Source: Candidatus Woesearchaeota archaeon (GTDB lineage: Archaea > Nanobdellota > Nanobdellia > Woesearchaeales > JABIAG01). Taken from it: DNA of 32,731 nucleotides. How positions within the stretch are numbered: the stretch's first letter is position 1; every line of letters starts with the position of its first letter. The DNA is taken from NCBI GenBank assembly GCA_019323235.1, contig JAHWHN010000014.1, positions 1 to 32,731 on the forward strand, given 5' to 3'. A program made the position numbers and the translations under genes. The notes beneath the pieces were generated by a model. That model was not told the origin of the DNA. It did not search any database and worked only from the letters and a program-made list of their open reading frames with translations. Below are positions 26,318 to 32,731 of the stretch, piece after piece.

Positions 26318-26767
26318 TTATAACATCTTAATCATTTCGCAAGTATTATTATGTGGAATAAAATTTATTTCTCTGAAGCCATGCTTCAAATAGAATTTTA
26401 ATGCGGGATTGTCTTTAAACACTAACAATTTTATTTCCTTACCTTTGTTTTTTTTAGCAAAATCTTCTAGAAACTCCATTATCTCAGAACCAAATCCTTT
26501 TTGTTGAAATTCTTTCCTTACTTGAAAATCATTTACATAGAATGTTTCATCTTCTTTTACAAAAGTAACATAGCCAACAGGAATAGAATTTAATTCAAAA
26601 ACATAAACAAAACCCTTTTCAAAATATTCAAAAAATTGTCTTTTACTAACTTCATCATTCCAACCACCAAAATTCTTAAGAAAAAACTCTTTCATATTTT
26701 CTTTAACGGTTTTTTGGATGAAATTCTCAAAATCTCCTTCTTGGTATAAACGTGATATTAATCTCAT
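26318..26767 (-). CDS. GNAT-family N-acetyltransferase
   Basis: Acetyl-CoA motif A VRKEFQQKGFGSEIMEF. Start moved to MRLISRLYQ (26767); the longer track ORF adds an implausible N-terminus. Confidence 0.75.
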   Translation of the reverse strand: MRLISRLYQEGDFENFIQKTVKENMKEFFLKNFGGWNDEVSKRQFFEYFEKGFVYVFELNSIPVGYVTFVKEDETFYVNDFQVRKEFQQKGFGSEIMEFLEDFAKKNKGKEIKLLVFKDNPALKFYLKHGFREINFIPHNNTCEMIKML

Positions 26768-26832
26768 AAATTTTAGAAAATTATAATATTTTAAAAAATG
26801 TTTCAATTTACAATAGTTTTTTATACTCACTT

Positions 26833-27639
26833 ATGTTTTCAAAAGATATGAAAGACTTTGTATATATGCTAGCACCAATGGAAGATGCAATAGGATTGGC
26901 TTTTAGAGAACTATCCTATAACCACGGAGCAGATTATACTTTTACCGAAATGGCAAGAGTGGATGGTTTAGCTAGAAATAATCAAAGCAGTCTTAGAAAA
27001 ATAGAAATAAGAAAACCAATTCCAACATATATACAAATAATTGGTTCTAATGAAAAAAAATTAGAACAATTCCTTAATGAATTTAAACCTCCAAAAGGAT
27101 TTCAAGGTTTTAATCTAAATTTAGGTTGCCCAAGTCCAAAAATGATAGAAAAAGGTTTAGGTTGTGCATTAATCAAAAGAATTTCTAAAGTTAAAAAATT
27201 AGTTAAAATCATAAAAGATAAAGGATATTCCGCTTCAATTAAATTAAGACTAGGCATGAATGAATTCGAAAGAAGAAATAAAAATTATTTGAATTTAATC
27301 AAAGAAGTGGATGCGGATTTTTTCATTATTCATGCAAGAGATGGTAGTCAAACTTATGATGACCCTGCTGATTTTACAGTATATGAAGAAATTGTTAAAA
27401 CTGGAAAGAAAATTATTGCCAACGGTGATATAAAAACAAAAGAACAAGTTGATGAACTTAAAAAAATGGGTTTGGCTGGAGTTATGATTGGAAGAGCAGC
27501 TGTAGAAAACCCAAGATTGTTTAATCAACTAAAAGGAATTAAAGATGATAAAAAAGTAATTCCTGAATTGAAGAAATTATTAGAAGAATATAATCAAAAT
27601 AAAAAATTCAATAAAATTCTAAAAAGAATTAAAGATTAA
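26833..27639 (+). CDS. tRNA-dihydrouridine synthase (Dus) family flavoprotein
   Basis: LAPMEDAIGLAFREL...TEMARV start, NLGCP catalytic Cys motif, IHARD..., GVMIGRAA near the C-terminus. Confidence 0.8.
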   Translation: MFSKDMKDFVYMLAPMEDAIGLAFRELSYNHGADYTFTEMARVDGLARNNQSSLRKIEIRKPIPTYIQIIGSNEKKLEQFLNEFKPPKGFQGFNLNLGCPSPKMIEKGLGCALIKRISKVKKLVKIIKDKGYSASIKLRLGMNEFERRNKNYLNLIKEVDADFFIIHARDGSQTYDDPADFTVYEEIVKTGKKIIANGDIKTKEQVDELKKMGLAGVMIGRAAVENPRLFNQLKGIKDDKKVIPELKKLLEEYNQNKKFNKILKRIKD

Positions 27640-27656
27640 TAAATAAATTACAAAGA

Positions 27657-27667
27657 CTTTTAAACTA
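27657..27667 (+). promoter_or_regulatory. TATA-like box (leaderless spacing) for the THUMP/MTase-like gene
   Basis: cttttaaacta, centred 26 nt upstream of the ATG at 27688. Confidence 0.4.
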
Positions 27668-27687
27668 CTTAGACATTCTATAATTAT

Positions 27688-28692
27688 ATGAAAGCATTAC
27701 TTATTACTAATAAAGGTGGAGAACACGCAGCAAGTATTGAAGTTAAGAAAATATTAAATAAAGATTCAGAACTTTTTGAAAAATATATTGAGTTTAAAGT
27801 TGATAATTTTGAAGAACTATTCAAATTAAGTTATTTCTCACAAACAGCTAAAAGAATTGTTTTATTGGATGATTTGAACAATTGGTTAGATGAAAAATTA
27901 ACTTTTTGTTTAAGAGCAGATAAAAAAGAACTAGAAAGAGAACTTGGTGGAGAAATCAATAAGGAAGATAAATATAAAGTTGATTTAGAAAACCCAGACA
28001 TTCCTTTATACAACATAGATGGAAAAACTGGAATTGATTTTACTGGCGATATTAGTAAAAGAGAATATAGAGTTTTTACAAACAAACACACATTAAAAGG
28101 AACAACTGCTTCAGTTTTATTAATTGAGGCTGGCTATAATGGTGATGAAATTTTATTAGACCCATTCGCTCAAGATGGAACTATAGCTATTGAAGCAGCT
28201 CATATGACTACAAACAAATCAGTAAGACATTTTGATTGGGATAAGATGAAATTTGTAGACTTTGAGAAATTCAAAGATATTGATTTTGAAGAAATATTTG
28301 AAGAATACGAAGAAGATATTGTAGAAAAAGAAGAAAAGATACACGCAACTAGCTTTGATATGAAAGAAATAAATGCAATTAAAAAAAATGCTAAGATTGC
28401 TAACATAAATAAAGAATTAGAGTTCAGTAGAAAAGATATTGATTACCTTGATCAAAAATTTGAAGAAGGTGAAATTGACATAATAGTTTCTTACTTACCA
28501 AGATTAAATGAAAAATTACTACATGAATTTTATCATCAAGCAGAGTATATTGCTAAAAAAGTAGTAATTTTAGTGGATGAAGATTTTGAAACAGAAAATC
28601 CATATTTTGAAGTTGAAAAAGAAAAAGATCTTTACATTGGAACTTCTGTTAAAAGAATATTGTGGCTAAAAAAAATTCCTGAAAAAGATTAA
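27688..28692 (+). CDS. THUMP-domain / class I methyltransferase-like protein (Trm14/COG0116-like) with degenerate catalytic motifs
   Basis: SKREYRV...LKGTTASVLLIEAGY..EILLDPFAQDGTIAIEAA matches the COG0116 layout. The expected GxGT and NPPY motifs read AQDGT and SYLP. Confidence 0.6.
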   Translation: MKALLITNKGGEHAASIEVKKILNKDSELFEKYIEFKVDNFEELFKLSYFSQTAKRIVLLDDLNNWLDEKLTFCLRADKKELERELGGEINKEDKYKVDLENPDIPLYNIDGKTGIDFTGDISKREYRVFTNKHTLKGTTASVLLIEAGYNGDEILLDPFAQDGTIAIEAAHMTTNKSVRHFDWDKMKFVDFEKFKDIDFEEIFEEYEEDIVEKEEKIHATSFDMKEINAIKKNAKIANINKELEFSRKDIDYLDQKFEEGEIDIIVSYLPRLNEKLLHEFYHQAEYIAKKVVILVDEDFETENPYFEVEKEKDLYIGTSVKRILWLKKIPEKD

Positions 28693-28698
28693 AAAGAG

Positions 28699-29550
28699 TT
28701 ACATATCTTCCATGAGTGGATCATCATCAATAAACTCAGATTCTAAACCTTGTTTTTTAAAATATTTAACCATTTCTTTACATGCGAATTTTTCTGTTGA
28801 ATAATGAGTTCCACCCAATATGTTTATTTTATGTTTTTTAGAAAAACTATGTTCTTTTTTAGAAAAATCGTTTTTAATAGTAATACCTGTGATGAAAGTA
28901 TTTACATTTTCATTCGAAATTTCTTTTAGCATATCCAAATCATTACCACCACCAGCAATTAATGCAACTTTATTATCTTTAATTTTATCATCACCATACT
29001 TATAGAGTTTTACTTTGTGTCCAACTACTTCTTCAAGTTTATTTTTCAAATCTGTAATGTTATCAAAACTGCTTTTACCAAAAACACCACATAAAGCACC
29101 AAAATATGGAGCAAAAGGTTTTTCTGGTTTAATATTTAGTGCTTTTGCTAAAGTGACACTAGTTGAATATTTTCCAAAATGGTCTAGAGGTACATGAAGA
29201 TTGTAAATTGAAATATTCCTTTTCTTGAATTCTTGTAATAATTTTTTATCCATTTGATAAAAAATATCTGGAGCCTTTCTAATATCCCAAATTGAAGGAT
29301 GATGAACAAAAAGCATAGCCTTAGTTACATCATCAGTTATTATTTTCTTCATTACATCTTCAGATGGAAAAACAGCGGTATAAACTTTATTAATTTCTTT
29401 AGTGAAATCACAAACTAAACCCATTGATCTTTTTTTAAAATTATCACAAACAAATTCAGAAATAGAACCCATATACTCAAACCAATTATCACTCATGTTA
29501 GAAGTAATGAAATCCTTTTCCAGAATTGAATAAAGTTTTGTTGCTTTCAT
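28699..29550 (-). CDS. NIF3-family dinuclear metal centre protein (GTP cyclohydrolase 1 type 2 homologue)
   Basis: VHHPSIW, NLHVPLD, and GGTHYSTEKF near the C-terminus. 283 aa. Confidence 0.75.
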   Translation of the reverse strand: MKATKLYSILEKDFITSNMSDNWFEYMGSISEFVCDNFKKRSMGLVCDFTKEINKVYTAVFPSEDVMKKIITDDVTKAMLFVHHPSIWDIRKAPDIFYQMDKKLLQEFKKRNISIYNLHVPLDHFGKYSTSVTLAKALNIKPEKPFAPYFGALCGVFGKSSFDNITDLKNKLEEVVGHKVKLYKYGDDKIKDNKVALIAGGGNDLDMLKEISNENVNTFITGITIKNDFSKKEHSFSKKHKINILGGTHYSTEKFACKEMVKYFKKQGLESEFIDDDPLMEDM

Positions 29551-29641
29551 AATAAACTAATTAAAAATTAAATATATAAATTTAATCAAAAATCAATAAA
29601 CAATCAGCAAGATTTATTAATAAAATACCAATTCTAAATAT

Positions 29642-29941
29642 TGTAAGAAGGTTTTGGCTAACGGTTCTTCGTGAACTGAGGAAAGTCCACCCACTACAAA
29701 AGGTCTATTTCGTAAGAAATCTTCAGAAATGAAGGGCTCTTGAACAGAAACGATACCTTTTCAAGTTAAATATGATTCAGGAATGATGATGTTCCTTGAA
29801 AAAGGCTGAAACGTCGAGCTTATTCAACTCGAAATTCGCTTGAATTGCAATCCAGACTAGTGCAAGTCAGTATGACGCTAAGTATAATGCCAAAAGTTCC
29901 ATAAGTGAACTACAGAAGGTGGCTTATAGCTTTCTTACAAC
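29642..29941 (+). ncRNA. rnpB: RNase P RNA (archaeal, compact)
   Basis: CR-I GAGGAAAGTCC at 29678-29688. CR-V ACAGAAGGTGGCTTAT at 29912-29927. Terminal helix P1: 5' TTGTAAGAAGG (29641-29651) pairs with CTTTCTTACAA (29930-29940). TATA-like gatttattaataaaa lies about 26 nt upstream, and a T6 run follows immediately. Confidence 0.8.
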
Positions 29942-29943
29942 TT
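29921..29943 (+). repeat. direct repeat copy 1 (RNase P RNA 3' end)
   Basis: ggcTTatagCtttcttacaactt. Compare with 30008-30030. Confidence 0.8.
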
Positions 29944-29947
29944 TTTT
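29942..29947 (+). terminator. oligo-T terminator after RNase P RNA
   Basis: TTTTTT directly after the P1 3' strand. Archaeal Pol terminates at T-runs. Confidence 0.4.
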
Positions 29948-30007
29948 CTAATATGATTGATTAACAAAGAGAAGAAACATATTTCGGACTCCAGATACGA
30001 AACTCTG

Positions 30008-30030
30008 GGCGAATAGTTTTCTTACAACTT
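30008..30030 (+). repeat. direct repeat copy 2 (duplicate of the RNase P RNA 3' end)
   Basis: ggcGAatagTtttcttacaactt. 20 of 23 identical to copy 1, with 17 of 18 identical in the core (30013-30030). Offset 87 bp. Also followed by T-runs and ttctaaatat. Confidence 0.8.
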
Positions 30031-30100
30031 CTCTCTTTTTTCATTTTTTCTAAATATATTCTCAAGAATTGTGAAATTTATCCTAAAAATAAACCACAAT

Positions 30101-30111
30101 CTTTAAATATA
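30101..30111 (+). promoter_or_regulatory. TATA-like box (leaderless spacing) for sec61-beta
   Basis: ctttaaatata, centred 26 nt upstream of the ATG at 30132. No Shine-Dalgarno sequence. Confidence 0.4.
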
Positions 30112-30131
30112 CCGAGCACTTTCAATTCCTA

Positions 30132-30287
30132 ATGGCTAAAGATAAAATATCATTACCTTCTGGACAAAGCGGTATTATGAATTATAATGAAAATTCACAT
30201 TCTAAATTGAGATTTGAAGCTGGACACATTATTGTTCTGACTGCAATTGTTATTATTGTGATGATATTCTTACATATGTATTACTAA
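30132..30287 (+). CDS. preprotein translocase subunit Sec61-beta (archaeal SecG)
   Basis: 51-aa ORF not in the track: MAKDKISLPSGQSGIMNYNENSHSKLRFEAGHIIVLTAIVIIVMIFLHMYY. It has the S-x-G-(I/L)-(M/I)-x-Y motif and a single C-terminal tail-anchor TM. Confidence 0.8.
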   Translation: MAKDKISLPSGQSGIMNYNENSHSKLRFEAGHIIVLTAIVIIVMIFLHMYY

Positions 30288-30288
30288 A

Positions 30289-30630
30289 ATGATCCCAGGT
30301 ATGAATCCAAGACAAATGCAGGGAATGATGAAAAAGATGGGCATCAAACAAGTAGAAATTGATGCTACTGAAGTAATTATTAAAACTGCAGACAAAGAAA
30401 TTGTCATCACTAACCCACAAGTTTCTAAAGTTAATATGATGGGACAAGAAAATTTTCAAATTTCTGGAAATGTTCATGAAAGAGCTAAAGAAATAGAATT
30501 TGAAATTTCTGAAGACGATATTAACACAATTGTTGAACAAACAGGTTGTTCAGAAGACGAAGCTAGAGAAGCTTTAGAAGAAACTAAAGATTTAGCTGAA
30601 GCTATAATTAAAATAGAGGATAAAGAATAA
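30289..30630 (+). CDS. nac: nascent polypeptide-associated complex protein (archaeal NAC)
   Basis: MNPRQMQGMMKKMGI start, a NAC beta-barrel domain, and a C-terminal UBA-like segment (DINTIVEQTGCSEDEAREALEETKDLAEAI). Confidence 0.9.
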   Translation: MIPGMNPRQMQGMMKKMGIKQVEIDATEVIIKTADKEIVITNPQVSKVNMMGQENFQISGNVHERAKEIEFEISEDDINTIVEQTGCSEDEAREALEETKDLAEAIIKIEDKE

Positions 30631-30631
30631 A

Positions 30632-31108
30632 ATGTTTGAAACAGCTGAAGAATATTTGCAGGAAATGGTCTCTTCTTATAAAAAGGCAGATCACTCTGTT
30701 TTTGTTACTTTGAAATATACCAGAACAGTTGATGTTATTAAAAATATAGTAGATAGATTCATTGAAACAATTGGTTATGGAATTACTGCTTTGACTTTGG
30801 ATTTAGTTAATAAAAATAAATTATTCGAAGCACCAGAAACTTTAATTCTTCAAATTAATGAAGTTAAAAACGCATATCCTGAAAATGAAAAATTAATGGA
30901 ATGTATTGATTTTGTATTATTCTTAAGAAAAGTAACTAGATGTGAATATGGTAAATGTGAAGAATTTAGAAAAAATGTTACTATGTCAGTTACTATTGAT
31001 GGAGTAGAATATAATATTAAAATTCCAGTTCTTGAAGAATATTTAGAAAAAACAAAAGAATACATAAAAGTAATAGAAAACCAAATGAAGGGAAAACCTG
31101 AAGAATAA
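30632..31108 (+). CDS. hypothetical protein coupled to nac
   Basis: 158 aa. The ATG lies 1 nt after the nac stop. No motif recognised. Confidence 0.5.
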   Translation: MFETAEEYLQEMVSSYKKADHSVFVTLKYTRTVDVIKNIVDRFIETIGYGITALTLDLVNKNKLFEAPETLILQINEVKNAYPENEKLMECIDFVLFLRKVTRCEYGKCEEFRKNVTMSVTIDGVEYNIKIPVLEEYLEKTKEYIKVIENQMKGKPEE

Positions 31109-31137
31109 TCTTAAAATTTGATAAATTCTAACAACAA

Positions 31138-31149
31138 ACTTTATAAATA
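31138..31149 (+). promoter_or_regulatory. BRE/TATA-like element about 180 nt upstream of rps13
   Basis: aaactttataaata matches the recurrent promoter word. Predicted start is near 31170. Confidence 0.35.
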
Positions 31150-31240
31150 ACTCGAAATTTCACAAACATATAATCAAATAGTCCGAGTCTATGGGCGTAT
31201 AGGACTTAATATTATTAAGTTCTATTTTGATTTGGTTTGT

Positions 31241-31267
31241 CTTACAAAATATAAAATATTTTGTGAG
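31241..31267 (+). other. 12-bp hairpin / inverted repeat in the rps13 upstream region
   Basis: cttacaaaatat-aaa-atattttgtgag. 11 Watson-Crick pairs plus one T:G. Confidence 0.5.
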
Positions 31268-31322
31268 TTGGAGATGATTCAAATTAATCGAAATATCTTC
31301 ACAAAAAAAGGTTAAAACAAAA

Positions 31323-31769
31323 ATGGCTCAAATGCAAGATTTAATTAGGATAGCAAACACAGACATTAACGGAAATAATGGTGTGTTTGTAGGATTAACT
31401 AAGATTAAGGGTGTCAATTATTCAATGGCAAACGCAATCTGTAAAGTATTTTCATTTGATAAAAAAACACCTATCAAAGATTTAGGTGATGAAAATATTA
31501 AAAAGATTGAAGAATTTCTAAAGAACCCATTGGACTTTAACATTCCTACTTGGATGGTTAATAGAAGAAAAGATAGAGAAACTAACGAAGATGTTCATCT
31601 TATTACTACTGATCTAAAATTAGCAACAGAAGATGATGTTAAATTATTAAGAAAGATCAAAAGTTACAAAGGATTTAGACACGAAAAGAAACTTCCAGTA
31701 AGAGGTCAAAGAACTAAATCTAATTTCAGACGGAACAAAGGTAAATTAGCTAGGAAAATTAAAAGGTAA
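31323..31769 (+). CDS. rps13: 30S ribosomal protein uS13
   Basis: IRIANTDINGN..., WMVNRRKD..., IKSYKGFRHEKKLPVRGQRTKSN. Classic archaeal uS13. AAAGGT lies 10 nt upstream. Confidence 0.95.
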   Translation: MAQMQDLIRIANTDINGNNGVFVGLTKIKGVNYSMANAICKVFSFDKKTPIKDLGDENIKKIEEFLKNPLDFNIPTWMVNRRKDRETNEDVHLITTDLKLATEDDVKLLRKIKSYKGFRHEKKLPVRGQRTKSNFRRNKGKLARKIKR

Positions 31770-31774
31770 ATAAA

Positions 31775-32389
31775 ATGGGACATCCAAAAAAACAACGGAA
31801 AACATATGAAAGACCTTCACATCCTTGGCAAAAGGAAAGAATTGATGAAGAAAGAATCATCATGAAAGAATATGGTCTTAAGAATAAAAAAGAATTGTGG
31901 AAATTCTCAACATTACTTTCAAAATATAAAAGACAAGCTAAGAAACTTTCCGCTTTAGAAACAAATCAATCTAAAATAGAAACTCAACAACTATTTTCTA
32001 AATTAAAATCATATAATTTAATTTCTGATGATAGTTATGATGCAGTTCTTAGTATGTCCTTGAAAGACTTACTAGATAGAAGATTACAAACAGTTCTTGT
32101 AGAGAAGAAATTAGCTAGAACAGTTAAACAAGCTAGACAGATGATTACTCATAACCATGTTATGGTTAATGGTAAACCAGTGACTAGTCCATCACATTTA
32201 GTAAAAGTTAAGGAAGAAGCTAATGTTATTTTCAACGCAAGATCAAATTTCAGCGATGAAACTCATCCAGAAAGATTTGTAGAAAAAGAAGAAAACTTCA
32301 TTGCAGAAGAAAAAGAAAAAATCAAAGCTTCTAAAGAAAAATCTGAAGAAGTTAAGGAAGAGGCTAATGCTGAAGGAGATGAAGAATGA
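31775..32389 (+). CDS. rps4: 30S ribosomal protein uS4 with an E/K-rich C-terminal extension
   Basis: [18 protein letters not shown] start and an S4 RNA-binding domain ([10 protein letters not shown]...[15 protein letters not shown]). The roughly 40-aa C-terminal tail is charged. Confidence 0.95.
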   Translation: MGHPKKQRKTYERPSHPWQKERIDEERIIMKEYGLKNKKELWKFSTLLSKYKRQAKKLSALETNQSKIETQQLFSKLKSYNLISDDSYDAVLSMSLKDLLDRRLQTVLVEKKLARTVKQARQMITHNHVMVNGKPVTSPSHLVKVKEEANVIFNARSNFSDETHPERFVEKEENFIAEEKEKIKASKEKSEEVKEEANAEGDEE

Positions 32390-32731
32390 GTACTACAAAC
32401 AATGCTAATCCAACAACTAAAAAAAATAAAATCAGATGGGGTGTTGCTCACATATTTTCATCATATAACAACACAATACTTCATATAACTGACATTACAA
32501 ATACTGAAACTATTGCGATTTCTTCAGGTGGTCAAGTTGTTAAAACTGATAGATTAGAATCATCACCTACTGCAGCAATGCAAGCAGCTAACAAAGTTGC
32601 TCCAATTGCTAAAGATAAAGGAATTAATGCTTTGCATGTAAAAACTAGAGCTCCTGGTGGCCACAATGATCCAATTAACCCTTGTCCTTGTGCACAAGCA
32701 TCAATTAGACCTTTATCCAGAAGAGGAATTA
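32386..32731 (+). CDS. rps11: 30S ribosomal protein uS11 (3' end beyond the window)
   Basis: ATGA overlap with the rps4 stop. [34 protein letters not shown]. The ORF is open to the window edge. Confidence 0.95.
   Translation, partial: MSTTNNANPTTKKNKIRWGVAHIFSSYNNTILHITDITNTETIAISSGGQVVKTDRLESSPTAAMQAANKVAPIAKDKGINALHVKTRAPGGHNDPINPCPCAQASIRPLSRRGI

Noticed and set aside
30132-30292. Apparent +1 frameshift in sec61-beta giving a polar CNCYYCDD tail
   Set aside because: This was my own off-by-one error when first reading the numbered lines. Re-reading gives an uninterrupted 51-codon ORF with a clean hydrophobic tail anchor (IIVLTAIVIIVMIFLHMYY) and a TAA stop at 30285-30287.
3758-32451. About 25 short antisense or alternate-frame ORFs inside well-supported genes (for example 3758-3952, 4676-4903, 5223-5417, 7062-7274, 7726-8028, 8930-9139, 9399-9629, 9765-9980, 14774-14980, 15473-15673, 16567-16899, 18669-18887, 19488-19697, 21000-21488, 23953-24261, 24675-24902, 25092-25286, 27295-27528, 27831-28091, 28200-28406, 28820-29197, 30253-30540, 30850-31065, 32263-32451)
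   Set aside because: Each lies wholly within a longer ORF that has clear family motifs on the other strand or frame. Their I/F/L/S/K-rich, low-complexity translations are what AT-rich DNA yields by chance.
1-32731. Genome-wide reassignment of TGA (code 4/25-like) or selenocysteine as the explanation for the in-frame TGA in sufB
   Set aside because: TGA terminates sufB exactly at its natural EGSLG C-terminus (5547-5549). It also terminates sufC after GYGWLD, the 755-1840 radical-SAM gene and rps4, mostly in ATGA stop/start overlaps. Reading through the sufC TGA hits TGA and then TAA within 10 codons. No other conserved gene in the window has an internal TGA, and I saw no sign of Sec machinery or a SECIS element.
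1-32731. CRISPR arrays, transposases/integrases, toxin-antitoxin or known defence gene cassettes, and rRNA genes
   Set aside because: I saw no regularly spaced direct repeats. No ORF has DDE/tyrosine-recombinase/Cas-like motifs. The only notable direct repeat is the RNase P 3'-end duplication, which is reported separately.

Overview
This is a strongly AT-rich, gene-dense archaeal chromosome segment. The archaeal assignment rests on eS27, eL41, aIF2-alpha, Nop10, Sec61-beta, NAC, prefoldin-alpha, a uS13-uS4-uS11 operon, intron-containing tRNAs and an archaeal-type RNase P RNA. The small proteins, one truncated and one interrupted gene, and a tRNA-Ile(UAU) suggest a reduced-genome, DPANN-like lineage; that is inference. 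Left to right, the window holds: a nucleotidyltransferase plus radical-SAM pair; a complete suf Fe-S operon (sufB-D-S-U-C, with sufB broken by one in-frame TGA) facing a divergent HTH/Cys-motif regulator across a perfect 16-bp palindrome; tatD; the eS27 / aIF2-alpha / Nop10 / PAC2 / IMPase block; an MFS transporter; a helicase fragment containing only the first RecA domain; a ROK-like kinase; ftsY, pfdA and scpA; a cluster of five tRNAs (two with introns) with a YtxJ-like thiol protein and eL41; three tightly coupled coiled-coil genes of unknown function; an unknown ORF coupled to scpB; gyrA; a second MFS transporter; a BioB-like radical-SAM gene; a 2H phosphoesterase, GNAT, Dus, THUMP/methyltransferase-like gene and NIF3; RNase P RNA with its 3' end duplicated 87 bp downstream; and Sec61-beta, NAC, an unknown ORF and uS13/uS4/uS11. 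I saw no CRISPR array, rRNA gene, transposase, integrase or recognisable defence genes. I could not identify a clear-cut novel multi-gene machine. The best candidates for undescribed biology are the coiled-coil trio next to scpB/gyrA, the suf regulator and operator pair, and the RNase P RNA 3'-end duplication.
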